DNA of 64,000 nucleotides from Alphaproteobacteria bacterium (GCA_015062345.1 SUUV01000002.1:1726-65725); one strand, 5' to 3'; positions 38,957-49,152 are shown, counted from the stretch's first letter. Notes: a model not told the origin generated them from the sequence alone. Program-made: numbers and translations.

Positions 38957-39409
38957 TTACTCATCTACATAAGTTACAGTAAGTGAACCGACATAGTGTC
39001 CACTTTCTACGTTTGCGGGAATTGTTAAAGTACCATATATTATGGCAGATGAACCAGATTCAGAAACAGGTGAAAAAGTCAACTCACTGTCATTTTCACC
39101 CGCTGTTAAAGTCACATCATTCATCGATAAACCATAAATAAAGCTACCACTTGAAAGTTGGCAAGTTGCTTTACCTTCTCCACTAACTGATATAATATCA
39201 TTTCCAATTTGCATATCCTCATCAAAGAAGGTTCTAATTGTTGTTTCTTGATTATTTAGTTTTACAACAATCTCACCAAAACTCAATGTGGTACACTCAA
39301 TAATATCTGCTACCGAAACTCGTGCATCTACATTTAATTCACCTACTTGAGCATTAACATTGCTTGCAGCCATCAAAGCCACAGCGCTCAAAAGAAAATA
39401 TTTTCTCAT
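38957..39409 (-). CDS. Secreted DUF4402-like protein, family copy 6
   Basis: MRKYFLLSAVALM, ECTTLSFGEIVV, GTLTIPANVESGHYVGSLTVTY. Confidence 0.85.
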   Translation of the reverse strand: MRKYFLLSAVALMAASNVNAQVGELNVDARVSVADIIECTTLSFGEIVVKLNNQETTIRTFFDEDMQIGNDIISVSGEGKATCQLSSGSFIYGLSMNDVTLTAGENDSELTFSPVSESGSSAIIYGTLTIPANVESGHYVGSLTVTYVDE

Positions 39410-39449
39410 AATTTAATCCTTTACAAAAATAGTTTAACTTAATTTTCAT

Positions 39450-39549
39450 TGAAAAGCTAAAAATTTACCTTTCACATCACATCATAAACCGTTTTTTTTT
39501 TTTGCAAGTAAAAAGAGTCTTTTAAAGGCTTTAAATCAAAAATGAGGTA
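39450..39549 (-). promoter_or_regulatory. Family promoter module, copy 6 (A12)
   Basis: T12 at 39492-39503, GAGTC at 39515. Confidence 0.8.
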
Positions 39550-39600
39550 ATAAAAATACCCGCTTTATAACAAGCGGGCAAGTTGTAAACGGTAATATTT

Positions 39601-40557
39601 TTATGCTTTTTTATCTTTTATAAGCGACAATATCATAGCTCCGAACAGCAATCCGAAAGTTACGCTTAATGATTGCCAAGCCAAGATATGAACACCGAAA
39701 ATCGGCATAAAGATTTTGCAACCGATAAAAATTAATATAATTGACAATGCCGGTTTTAAATATACAAACTTATTTACAATGGCGGCAAGCAAGAAATATA
39801 AAGCTCTTAATCCCAAAATTGCAAAAATATTGCTGGTATAGACCACAAACACATCTTGCGTAATTAAAAATATGGCCGGAATGCTGTCAAAAGCAAAAAT
39901 CACATCCATTGTTTCAATAATAATCAATGCGAAAAACAAAGGTGTAATATAGTGTTTACCGTTTTCTTTAATGAAGAAGTGTTCGCCTTTGAGCTCATGT
40001 GTAACATGGAAAAACTTTGACAGTGTTTTATAGAGCCTGCTTTCTTTGAAAGATTTTTGTTCACCTTCCTTATGGAAAAGCATTTTGGCGCCGGTATAAA
40101 CCAAGAACACCGAAAAAATGTAAAGTGTCCAATGAAAACGAGAAATTAAGGCTTCACCTAAGTATATCATAATTCCGCGCATAACAAGAGCGCCCAAAAT
40201 TCCCCAAAACAACACCCGATGTTGATATTTTGCCGGAACACCCACAGAAGAAAATATAATTGACATTACAAATATATTGTCCAAAGATAAACTTTTCTCC
40301 AACAAATATCCGGTAAAATAGTCCATACCCAAATCGGCACCTTTTTCATATATGACAAAGACTCCGAAAATAAGCGCAATTACAATGTAAAACACACATA
40401 TCCACAAAGTATGCCAAAAATGCGGTTCTTCATTTTTGCGATTAAACACAAACAAATCCAATGCCAATAACACAATTACACTGACACCGAAAATGCCCCA
40501 CATCATGTTGGTTGACAATACGGCATGTTCAGCCATTAATGAGTTTAAGATTTCCAT
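39601..40557 (-). CDS. TerC/Alx family membrane protein
   Basis: EKSLSLDNIFV, QHRVLFWGILGAL, DVIFAFDSIPA, SNIFAILGLR. Confidence 0.93.
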   Translation of the reverse strand: MEILNSLMAEHAVLSTNMMWGIFGVSVIVLLALDLFVFNRKNEEPHFWHTLWICVFYIVIALIFGVFVIYEKGADLGMDYFTGYLLEKSLSLDNIFVMSIIFSSVGVPAKYQHRVLFWGILGALVMRGIMIYLGEALISRFHWTLYIFSVFLVYTGAKMLFHKEGEQKSFKESRLYKTLSKFFHVTHELKGEHFFIKENGKHYITPLFFALIIIETMDVIFAFDSIPAIFLITQDVFVVYTSNIFAILGLRALYFLLAAIVNKFVYLKPALSIILIFIGCKIFMPIFGVHILAWQSLSVTFGLLFGAMILSLIKDKKA

Positions 40558-40573
40558 TTAATTTCCTTTTATT

Positions 40574-41539
40574 TTAGTTCTCAATATTCCAAGTTGTTTT
40601 GATTATATCTTCAATATTGGTATATTTAGGTTTCCACCCCAAAATTTTTGTTGCCGTTTGAGCTTTTGCCACCACAACGGCAGGGTCACCGCTGCGACGC
40701 GGAGCAAAATTATAATTTAACCTTTTACCGATTACATTTTCGGTTGCATCAACAATTTCTTTAACCGATGTGGCTTTACCTGTACCTAAATTCAAGCAAT
40801 ATGATTTCTTATCGGATATCAGTTTTTTTACGGCCAAAACATGAGCGGTTGCCAAATCGGTTACATGGATATAATCACGCAAGCAGGTGCCGTCAGGCGT
40901 GTCATAATCGGAACCGTATATCGAAAATTTTTCGCGTTTTCCGGTTGCAACTTCCATAATTATCGGCAGTAAATTTTGCGGATTTTTTTCTTTTCCGACA
41001 ATGCTTTTATCGGCTGCATAACCGACAGCATTAAAATATCTTAATGCAATATAGTTAAAATCTTTTAGTTTAGAATACCAATCCATTAAATCTTCAATGG
41101 CGGCTTTTGTATAGCCGTAAAAACTCATCGGATTGCGACTATGATTTTCATCTAAAGGCAAATATTGCGGCATTCCGTAAACGGCAGCTGATGATGAAAA
41201 CACAATATGTTTAACATTGTTATTTATCATTGCATTTAAAATATTAATTGTACCGGTCAAATTATTAACCGAATACAACTGCGGATTTTCCATAGATTCG
41301 CCGACGGCTTTTTTGGCTGCCAAATGAATAACCGCATCAATGTTTTGTTTCATGGCATTATCCAAAGCTTTTTCATCTAAAATGTCCGCTTTGATAAACG
41401 CACTTTCTTTGAACAAATTTATTTCTTGTCCGGTTGATAAATTGTCATAAACAACGGTTTCAAAACCATTTTCCAAAAGTTCTTTGACCACATGACTTCC
41501 GATATAACCGGCGCCACCAACAACTAAAACTTTAGGCAT
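40574..41539 (-). CDS. galE: UDP-glucose 4-epimerase
   Basis: GGAGYIGSH, YGYTK, LRYFN, DGTCLRDYIHV. Confidence 0.95.
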   Translation of the reverse strand: MPKVLVVGGAGYIGSHVVKELLENGFETVVYDNLSTGQEINLFKESAFIKADILDEKALDNAMKQNIDAVIHLAAKKAVGESMENPQLYSVNNLTGTINILNAMINNNVKHIVFSSSAAVYGMPQYLPLDENHSRNPMSFYGYTKAAIEDLMDWYSKLKDFNYIALRYFNAVGYAADKSIVGKEKNPQNLLPIIMEVATGKREKFSIYGSDYDTPDGTCLRDYIHVTDLATAHVLAVKKLISDKKSYCLNLGTGKATSVKEIVDATENVIGKRLNYNFAPRRSGDPAVVVAKAQTATKILGWKPKYTNIEDIIKTTWNIEN

Positions 41540-41558
41540 AAAAATTCTCCTTAAAATT

Positions 41559-41951
41559 TTACAAAGATTTTATATATGCTTGCACAATCGGAATATCTGC
41601 CGGAGCCAAATCATAATCAAGTAAATGCATCGGCTCAACCCAAGCATATTGTTCGTGAGCATCTGTTTTTGTAATGAGCGGATTTTCACATTCGGCAATA
41701 AATGTGTTCAAAACGAAACTGCCGAAAGCATAACCGTGTTCCGATTTCATAAAGAGCTCTTTAACCGTTATTTTAAGATTTAATTCTTCTATTAACTCAC
41801 GGCACAAACATTCGGGTAAAGTTTCACCTTTTTCAAGTTTACCGCCGGGGAGCTCCCATTTAAATTCTAAATCTTTGCCTTTTTTTCTTTGTGCAAGCAA
41901 AATTTTGCCGTTATGTATGATAATACCGGCTGCAATTTGTTTTTGTTCCAT
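41559..41951 (-). CDS. NUDIX hydrolase (MutT/NudG-like)
   Basis: WELPGGKLEKGETLPECLCRELIEE Nudix box. Confidence 0.9.
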   Translation of the reverse strand: MEQKQIAAGIIIHNGKILLAQRKKGKDLEFKWELPGGKLEKGETLPECLCRELIEELNLKITVKELFMKSEHGYAFGSFVLNTFIAECENPLITKTDAHEQYAWVEPMHLLDYDLAPADIPIVQAYIKSL

Positions 41952-42406
41952 TATTTGTCCTTTTTAATCGGTTTTACATAAGCAATGGCGGCATGTTCTT
42001 CACAATATGTTTGTCCGCCGCGTATGGTTTTGCCGCAAAAACAAAAATTGTCATCTTTGGGGTCACCGATGGGCCAACGACAGGTATGATTGTCCAATTC
42101 GGTTAATTTAAGACAAGAATCTTTCTTTTTAGTCGGTGTTTTTGCAACCGTAACCGTTGCAACAGGCTCTGTTTTAACTGCTTTTGGAGCTTTTTTTACG
42201 GTTTCTTCTTTAACAACAGTTGTTTTTGTTGCAACAACTTCTTCTTTTTTCTTAATGGGTGAGGGACGGGCTTTTAGAGCCAAACGGTGCACTTTGCCGA
42301 CAATAGAGTTTTTTGAAACTCCGAGTCTTTTTGCAATTTCATTTGTGGTTAAGCCTTCTTTCCACATTTGTTTTAAGCCATCAATCATTTCTTCGGTCCA
42401 AGCCAT
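41951..42406 (-). CDS. gcrA: GcrA cell-cycle regulator
   Basis: MAWTEEMIDGLKQMW..G...IA..LG.SKNSIVGKVHRL; CRWPIGDP...FCFCG...YCEEH. Confidence 0.92.
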   Translation of the reverse strand: MAWTEEMIDGLKQMWKEGLTTNEIAKRLGVSKNSIVGKVHRLALKARPSPIKKKEEVVATKTTVVKEETVKKAPKAVKTEPVATVTVAKTPTKKKDSCLKLTELDNHTCRWPIGDPKDDNFCFCGKTIRGGQTYCEEHAAIAYVKPIKKDK

Positions 42407-42559
42407 TATATCCTCCAAAATTTGCAAATTTATCAAAAAATTATTCTCAAGATACATACATTTTTTCTTTAAGTCCAGTTTTAATTTAAAATAGCTCTTT
42501 TTTTTCTTCAAAAATGTGTTATTGTAGATAAACAGATTTATTTTATCGGGTGAAATTAT

Positions 42560-43798
42560 ATGAAGTATGTTTTGAAAATTTGCTTTTTGTTATTGATTGG
42601 TGTTTCACAAACCGTGCAAGCATCGGCAATAGATTATAAAAAATATTTTGAGGTAGACTTAGATGCTCCGGTGCCTGATTTGAAAACATTGTCCGAAGAA
42701 CTTGAAAAAGCAACCGAAATATACAATTCCCGCTATATGGTAAGTTGGGATATGGGGCCGACTTTTGATAAACTTTTCAAAGGTGTAATCACTTCGTACG
42801 GCACATCGGAAAAGCGCATAAAATCGGCCATGGAAGATGAATTTTTTGATATGATTATGATGACACCAAAAGAATTTTATCCGTATATCGGACCATATTT
42901 GCATACCTTACCCGGCATTCCGGATAGAGTGTTGATGTTGCCGGGGATTAAAGAAACCAAAAACAAGTTTCCTGAAAGAATTGCTCCGCAATTGCAAGGA
43001 ATTGAAAATTTAGAGTTTTTATCGCCGCATTTGTACATATTGCTGATGCCAGAAATGTGGCCGGATAATCAACCGCCGATAGAAATGCCCAAACAAAAAA
43101 GAGCCAAAATTCCGCCAATTTCATTTTCGCCCGATTTTATGGAAAGAGTTATGAAAAACACACCTGAATTTGGCTTTGGCGGTGCTTTTGAAACTAACAA
43201 CAAACCCGGACTTGATAAGTTAAGAACATTAAAAATCACCAAAGATTCGCCCCTTACCACAGGTGATATCAGGGCATTTTTAAGAACTGTTGACGGAGTT
43301 AAAAGTTTTGGTACATTAAACAATACTCTCAAAATTATGCACGCAAGCGACTTGGTTGATTATTATGAGCGCAAAAACGGTACGGCTTTGTCGTTAAATA
43401 ACTTAAAAGACGGAGTAAATCCGTGTCAGCGCTTAGCCTTAAAAATCAAATGGGCAGGTCTTGAAGATGAGTTTACTCAGGTTGTCGGAAAAGAAGGATT
43501 TTCTTTAAATGAGTGGGCTTATACCTGCGATAAAACCATAAAAGCTTATCGTGTTTCAAGAGTTTCATCGGCATATATGTCTGTGATTAAGGCTGTTCAA
43601 GAAAAAACATATGATGCATATGTAAACAAGCTCAAACCGCTTTATGCCGAACGCCAGTTTGCCACAATGCAAAGCCTTGTAGAAATGCACAAAGCCCCAA
43701 AACACGATGTGTTTGAGGCTATGAAAAATGAGAAACTCATTTATGATGCATTGTATCCCTTAGGCGGAATGATGATTATTGCACCGATATCAAACTAA
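42560..43798 (+). CDS. Secreted hypothetical protein
   Basis: 412-aa ORF with signal peptide. Confidence 0.75.
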   Translation: MKYVLKICFLLLIGVSQTVQASAIDYKKYFEVDLDAPVPDLKTLSEELEKATEIYNSRYMVSWDMGPTFDKLFKGVITSYGTSEKRIKSAMEDEFFDMIMMTPKEFYPYIGPYLHTLPGIPDRVLMLPGIKETKNKFPERIAPQLQGIENLEFLSPHLYILLMPEMWPDNQPPIEMPKQKRAKIPPISFSPDFMERVMKNTPEFGFGGAFETNNKPGLDKLRTLKITKDSPLTTGDIRAFLRTVDGVKSFGTLNNTLKIMHASDLVDYYERKNGTALSLNNLKDGVNPCQRLALKIKWAGLEDEFTQVVGKEGFSLNEWAYTCDKTIKAYRVSRVSSAYMSVIKAVQEKTYDAYVNKLKPLYAERQFATMQSLVEMHKAPKHDVFEAMKNEKLIYDALYPLGGMMIIAPISN

Positions 43799-43807
43799 AA
43801 CAACAGA

Positions 43808-43935
43808 TTAACCGTAAACATATGTAATTGACACAATGGCACTGTAACCGTCTTGTTCGATTCCGGCCGGAATGTTAAGCGTTGTACCGATATTAACCGA
43901 CTTTTCATCAGCACCAATTAAAAATGTAAAATCTG
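43808..43935 (-). pseudogene. 3' remnant of a ninth DUF4402-like family gene
   Basis: Minus frame reads ...DFTFLIGADEKSVNIGTTLNIPAGIEQDGYSAIVSITYVYG*; no signal peptide or poly-A promoter; fused to the distal motif. Confidence 0.7.
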
Positions 43936-43983
43936 ATTGTGGATTTAAATCAAAAATGAGGTAGCGGTATGTTCTCCTTTACT

Positions 43984-44107
43984 GTCGTACCGGTGCCCAA
44001 GCTTTAGCTTGGAATAGACACCAATATCTAAGGGAATAATTTAGCTATATAATTTAACCTGGACTCCGGCATCAAGTGCCGGAGTGACAGTTAGAGGCGG
44101 ACTCCGG
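43984..44107. repeat. RPE/REP-like palindrome unit E
   Basis: Same unit as arrays A-D. Confidence 0.85.
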
Positions 44108-44163
44108 TAATAATTGCTTACTAAAATTGTTAAGAGGTGATAAATATAAATTTGTTTGACTAT

Positions 44164-44231
44164 TACCTCAAAGATGACTAATTATCCACAAGAGACTCTT
44201 TAAAATTGCAAAAAAAAAAACGGTTTAGAAT
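44164..44231 (+). promoter_or_regulatory. Poly-A promoter of pilin 2 (A11)
   Basis: GACTC 44194, TTGCAA 44206, A11 at 44210-44220, TAGAAT 44226; about 190 bp near-identical to the pilin 1 upstream region. Confidence 0.75.
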
Positions 44232-44262
44232 GTGAACAGAATATAATATATGGAGTTAGTTG

Positions 44263-45003
44263 ATGAGAAAAGTTTGTGAGCTTGGGCATTTTATTCTTCC
44301 AAAGAGTGGTGCAGATAAGAAGGGGTTTTTGAGCGCCGTGTACAAAAAGGGTACACAAGCGAAAAAACACCGATTAGATGTGGCACAATTTGGAAGAAGT
44401 ATGGTGGAAATGCTTGGGGTGTTAGCCATAATCGGAGTGCTTTCTGTTGGCGGAATTGCAGGATATTCTAAAGCTATGTTTAAGCACAAATTAAATAAAC
44501 AAACAGAACAAATCGGTCTAATTCTGGATTATATGATTATTAATCAAGAATCATTAAAAACAGCTGATTTTTATGTATTAAATACTCTGAAAAAACTTAA
44601 CATTATATCTGAAGATATGGTAAAAGAAAATGACAATATGTATGCATATGACATTTTTAATACCAGAATTAAGCTTGAAAATCATCATCTGCCGTCTCAA
44701 CCAGCTGGAGGCCTTGCAATAGGTTTACAAATAGATACATCAGGACACTCAATGGATATATGTCGTAATTTGCTGACAATGGCACAACAAAGAGCTGAAG
44801 ATATTTCAAGGGTTTATGTGCAACGCACGGAAACTGATGCTTCAAATACAAGTATGTCAACATATTACGGTAATAAAATTACAAGTCAAAACAAATATTT
44901 GCGCAATTTATCAATCACTCAAATTGACAATGCCTGTCAAGTGTGTGAAGATACAACCGAATGTTTTGTCTTTGTTTTAATAGGCTATACTGATGTGAAG
45001 TGA
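44263..45003 (+). CDS. Type IV pilin-like protein 2 with a 36-aa leader insertion
   Basis: MRKVCELG-[36 aa]-RSMVEMLGVLAIIGVLSVGGIAGYSKAM; C-terminal Cys cluster. Confidence 0.85.
   Translation: MRKVCELGHFILPKSGADKKGFLSAVYKKGTQAKKHRLDVAQFGRSMVEMLGVLAIIGVLSVGGIAGYSKAMFKHKLNKQTEQIGLILDYMIINQESLKTADFYVLNTLKKLNIISEDMVKENDNMYAYDIFNTRIKLENHHLPSQPAGGLAIGLQIDTSGHSMDICRNLLTMAQQRAEDISRVYVQRTETDASNTSMSTYYGNKITSQNKYLRNLSITQIDNACQVCEDTTECFVFVLIGYTDVK
44286..44393. repeat. 108-bp in-frame palindromic element in the pilin 2 leader
   Basis: Absent from pilin 1; TTGG direct repeats at the boundaries; GTGTAC-AAAAAGG-GTACAC core; TTCTTCCAAA/TTTGGAAGAA arms. Confidence 0.75.
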
Positions 45004-45005
45004 TG

Positions 45006-46271
45006 TTATATTCGGGGCAAATATTGTTTTAATTTTTCATAATCGGGATATTGTTTCAAATCGCCAAGCAGGGTATATGTGGGAGTTGACGAAAAAAAAT
45101 ATTGTGCCGCTTTTAAGATGTCATCTTTGCTGACATTATCAATTTTTGCTATCACTTCATCGGTCGGAATAACTCGGCCATGCAACAACATTTGACGAGC
45201 AATAACTTCGGCAGTTGATGAAGAACTTTCCAAAGCCATAAGCATGCTGGCCTTTAGCTGAACTTTGGCTCGATTCAGTTCTTTATCGGTAACATATTCG
45301 TTTAATACCTTTTTAATTTCATCGGACACAACCGGAAGTAAGGTGTTTAACTGGTCAGCAGATGTGCCGGCATAAATCCCGAATAAGCCGGTTGAAGTTT
45401 GTGACGAATGGTACGAATATACACTATATACCAAACCTCTTTTTTCTCTAATTTCTTGGAAAAGTCGTGACGACATTCCGCCGCCGAAAATGGTAGAAAA
45501 AATGTTTATCGGATAATAAAGCGGATTTGTATATTCTACACCTTTAAAGCCTATAAGCATATGCGCTTGTTCAATTTGGCGGGTTTCTTGATAAAATCCG
45601 CCCTGATAAACTTGAGGAGCAATTTCAAAAACAGATTGTTTTTGATAGTTTGCCATTCTGGCTTTTACCATTTCAACAAAGTTTTCATGTTTGATGTTGC
45701 CCACAGCAACAACAACCGTGTTGTTGGCTGCATAATGGTTATGCATATAAGAATGTAACATATCGGCATTAAACGAGCGAACGGTCTCTTTCGGGCCTAA
45801 AATTGTTCTCCCTAAGGGCTGATTGGGAAAAGCGGTTTCTTGAAAATAGTCAAACACAACATCATCAGGAGTGTCAATTGATTGCTTAATTTCTTGAATT
45901 ACGACTTCTTTTTCTTTGACCATTTCATCATCGGGAAATGTCGGGTGTAAGACAAAATCGGCAATGACATCGAGTGCAAGTTCAACATCGTTTTTAAGCA
46001 TTTTTGCATAAAAAGCGGTAAACTCTCTTGAAGTGTAGGCATTGTTTTGACCGCCGACATTTTCAATTTCTTCAGAAATTTGAACTGAGTTTCTTTTTTT
46101 GGAGCCCTTAAAAACCATATGCTCAATAAAGTGTGATATTCCGTTTAAGTCTTGCGGTTCATAGGCAGAGCCGGTGTTCACCCAGATACCCAAAGATACG
46201 GTTTCTGTATTTTCTCTTTGTGCCGTAACAACTCTTAATCCGTTTTCCAAAGTAGTCAGTTTGTGTTGCAT
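45006..46271 (-). CDS. M16 (pitrilysin/MPP-like) zinc peptidase
   Basis: SHFIEHMVFKG (HxxEH), NAYTSRE, GGGMSSRLFQEIREKRGLVY. Confidence 0.93.
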   Translation of the reverse strand: MQHKLTTLENGLRVVTAQRENTETVSLGIWVNTGSAYEPQDLNGISHFIEHMVFKGSKKRNSVQISEEIENVGGQNNAYTSREFTAFYAKMLKNDVELALDVIADFVLHPTFPDDEMVKEKEVVIQEIKQSIDTPDDVVFDYFQETAFPNQPLGRTILGPKETVRSFNADMLHSYMHNHYAANNTVVVAVGNIKHENFVEMVKARMANYQKQSVFEIAPQVYQGGFYQETRQIEQAHMLIGFKGVEYTNPLYYPINIFSTIFGGGMSSRLFQEIREKRGLVYSVYSYHSSQTSTGLFGIYAGTSADQLNTLLPVVSDEIKKVLNEYVTDKELNRAKVQLKASMLMALESSSSTAEVIARQMLLHGRVIPTDEVIAKIDNVSKDDILKAAQYFFSSTPTYTLLGDLKQYPDYEKLKQYLPRI

Positions 46272-46361
46272 TTTTTATCCTATTTAAAAACTCAGTTGAC
46301 AGTATTATATTCCGTGTATAACATAAATCAACCATAATTTTAAAAAAAAGGGTATTAAAAT

Positions 46362-47024
46362 ATGAAAAAAAATCCTCATTTTGCCATTGTGTTGTCCGGT
46401 TGCGGTCGAGCAGATGGCTCCGAAATTCATGAATCGACTTGTGCAATGCTTGCCATAGATTGTTTAAATTCAACTTATCAATGTTTTGCTCCCGATATCA
46501 AGCAAGCCATGGTTGTAAATCATATCACCGGTGAGCGAGTTGACGAACATAGAAATGTTTTAGAAGAATCGGCACGCATTGCCAGAGGCAACATTAAGCC
46601 GCTAACAGATTATAACCCCAATGATTTTGATGCTATTGTTTTCCCCGGCGGTATCGGTGCGGTTATAAACTGGTGCGATTTTTCCGTAAGCGGTGTAAGT
46701 TGTCAGGTTGATACTTCCGTCAGAAAAGCTATTTGGGACAGCTATAAAAAAGGTTTGCCGATTGGTGCAATGTGTATTGCACCTGTTTTGATTGCCAAGG
46801 TGTTGGGCTCTGAGGGGGTAAAAGTTACTATCGGAAACGATGAAAAAGTGGCGGCTTCGATTTTAAAAACCGGTGCCGTTCACGAAAACAAAGAAGCGGT
46901 TGAAGTGTGTGTCGACCAAATTCATAAGGTGGTTACAACTCCGGCTTATATGTTGGCGCAATCAATTAAAGAAGTTTGCGAAGGGGCTGACAATATGATA
47001 AAAGCTTTGATAAAACTTATGTAA
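46362..47024 (+). CDS. elbB: DJ-1/PfpI-family glyoxalase ElbB
   Basis: LSGCGRADGSEIHE, ESARIARG, PGG.GA, MCIAP, TTPAYM. Confidence 0.9.
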   Translation: MKKNPHFAIVLSGCGRADGSEIHESTCAMLAIDCLNSTYQCFAPDIKQAMVVNHITGERVDEHRNVLEESARIARGNIKPLTDYNPNDFDAIVFPGGIGAVINWCDFSVSGVSCQVDTSVRKAIWDSYKKGLPIGAMCIAPVLIAKVLGSEGVKVTIGNDEKVAASILKTGAVHENKEAVEVCVDQIHKVVTTPAYMLAQSIKEVCEGADNMIKALIKLM

Positions 47025-47077
47025 TTTTTGCTTGTAAAAAAACAAATCTCTCTTATTATAAATAAGGGAGATTTTTT

Positions 47078-47788
47078 ATGCCATATTTTGACACACATAT
47101 TCATTTGCAAGATTTTGAACAAGATATATTTTCGGTATTAAAAAAAATACAAAAATGTATTTGTGTAAGCGCCAAAGTTTCCGATTGGGAAAAAGTGGCT
47201 CAAATTTACGAACAATATCCCGATATGATAGTGCCGGCCTTTGGTTTGCACCCGTGGTATATCAACAATACGGCTAAAAATTGGGAACAAGAGCTTGAAA
47301 CATACTTAAAAAAATATCCTTTGGCGATGGTTGGCGAATGTGGGCTTGACAGATTAAAAAGCAAAGATGAACAGGCTCAAAAAGATGTTTTGATAAAACA
47401 GATTAACTTGGCAAAAAAATATAATCGCACCATGCTTTTGCATATGGTAAAAGCTGATATGTGGTTGCAAGACATATGGGAGTTGTTACCGCAAAAGTTT
47501 GTGTTTCATTCGTTTAATGCCAATACAGATTTGTTAAAAAAGGTTTTGCAATTTGGCGGATATGTCGCTTTTAATAAAAAAATTTTAAAAAATAAACAAG
47601 CAAATGAAATTGTATCTTTGGTACCGTCAGATAAAATTTTAATAGAAAGCGATGCTCCGTATCAAAGCAGTGTTGATGATATGATAGAACTTACAACAAC
47701 TTTGGCTGATATCAGAAAAGAAAAACTTGAAGTTTTACTTCAACATTTGTATAACAATGCATCGGAGCTGATGAAAAATGATAAATAA
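47078..47788 (+). CDS. TatD family hydrolase
   Basis: DTHIH, GLHPW, GECGLD, ESDAP. Confidence 0.9.
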   Translation: MPYFDTHIHLQDFEQDIFSVLKKIQKCICVSAKVSDWEKVAQIYEQYPDMIVPAFGLHPWYINNTAKNWEQELETYLKKYPLAMVGECGLDRLKSKDEQAQKDVLIKQINLAKKYNRTMLLHMVKADMWLQDIWELLPQKFVFHSFNANTDLLKKVLQFGGYVAFNKKILKNKQANEIVSLVPSDKILIESDAPYQSSVDDMIELTTTLADIRKEKLEVLLQHLYNNASELMKNDK

Positions 47789-48500
47789 CAGATTTATGCG
47801 TACACAAGCCCTAATCGGGGGCAAAGCCATGCAAAAACTTCAAAATTCTACTGTTATGATTGTAGGACTTGGAGCTGTTGGCGGTTATGCCTTGGAGGGA
47901 ATTGCCCGCTCAGGTGTAAAAAAGCTTATTTTGGTTGATTTTGACTGCTTTGATGAAACCAATATAAATCGGCAAATTTTAGCCTTGAGCTCGACAATCG
48001 GCCAGAAAAAAACAGATGTTGCTTTTGAGAGAGTAAAACAAATTAACCCGACTTGCGAGGTTGTGCTTATGGATATGTTTGTTGATAAAAATAATGTCGA
48101 TAAGCTCGTTGGTTTAAAGCCCGATTTTGTAATTGATGCCATAGATTCGATAAAACCGAAATGCGAACTGATTAAGGCTTTAATTGATAATAATGTTGAT
48201 TTTATTTCATCAATGGGGGCAGCGCTTAAAACCGATACAAGTACCATAAAAATTGCAAATTTGAATCAGACGCAAAATTGTACAATGGCGCGAAGTGTAA
48301 GGCAAAATTTGAAAAAGCTTAATGTCGATTTAAAAAAAGTTGTATGCGTGTTTTCAAATGAAATTTGCCGATTGCCCGATTCTGCCATAACCGAAAATGA
48401 AAACGGCGGAAAACAAATTTTGGGCTCGCTTCCGACCATTACGGCCATTTTCGGTTTGATGATGGCAAATTATGTGATACAAAAACTGATTGAAAAATAA
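47778..48500 (+). CDS. tcdA: tRNA threonylcarbamoyladenosine dehydratase (ThiF family)
   Basis: GLGAVG, DFD..DETNINRQ, DAIDS..PK, SSMGAA. Confidence 0.85.
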   Translation: MINNRFMRTQALIGGKAMQKLQNSTVMIVGLGAVGGYALEGIARSGVKKLILVDFDCFDETNINRQILALSSTIGQKKTDVAFERVKQINPTCEVVLMDMFVDKNNVDKLVGLKPDFVIDAIDSIKPKCELIKALIDNNVDFISSMGAALKTDTSTIKIANLNQTQNCTMARSVRQNLKKLNVDLKKVVCVFSNEICRLPDSAITENENGGKQILGSLPTITAIFGLMMANYVIQKLIEK

Positions 48501-48558
48501 GAAAACCCGCACTTAAAAAGTTGAATGCGGGTTAATATACTAAATAAATCTTTGCAGA

Positions 48559-49113
48559 TTATACAGGCTCATTGATTATGGTGATTGTAATTGTACCGCT
48601 CAATTCTCCGCCTGAAAAATTTTCTGGAATATTAAGTGTTCCGCCTACATCTATAGAATCACCATATTTTTCCATATCTGGATCTATTGCGTGTCTATCC
48701 ACATATTCAGCATAAAGATTTGTTATATATGCTTCTTCAGAATTAGGATCATCAGAAGGACCGCCAAAGCCACCGGTTAAAGACACATGATCGGGGTATA
48801 AAACAGAATATCCTTCATAAATACCCGATAAGTCACATCGACCGGCTTTGCCACCAGTGGCACCTGTAACATCACCGTCCCATCTTATGGGATAGTTATC
48901 CCCACTATTACTGTATGCACCGACAGTAACCGAAGATGGCTTATTATTTGCTCTTATATAGATATTACCAAAGTCCAAGGTTGAGCAATTTACTTCTGAT
49001 ACAACACTCACATTGGCGGTTACTTGCATGTTTGCAATTTCTCCTTGTTCTGCGGCTATAACAGTGTTTGCACTCAAGAGAGCTACAGCAGAAAGTAGAA
49101 AATATTTTCTCAT
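48559..49113 (-). CDS. Secreted DUF4402-like protein, family copy 7
   Basis: MRKYFLLSAVALL, NCSTLDFGNIY, VGGTLNIPENFSGGELSGTITIT. Confidence 0.85.
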   Translation of the reverse strand: MRKYFLLSAVALLSANTVIAAEQGEIANMQVTANVSVVSEVNCSTLDFGNIYIRANNKPSSVTVGAYSNSGDNYPIRWDGDVTGATGGKAGRCDLSGIYEGYSVLYPDHVSLTGGFGGPSDDPNSEEAYITNLYAEYVDRHAIDPDMEKYGDSIDVGGTLNIPENFSGGELSGTITITIINEPV

Positions 49114-49152
49114 TTTATTAATTCCTTTACAAAAATTAAGTTTAAGTACATT

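Noticed and set aside
40558-40573. yybP-ykoY Mn riboswitch upstream of the TerC/Alx gene
   Set aside because: Only 16 bp separate galE from the TerC gene, leaving no room for the aptamer.
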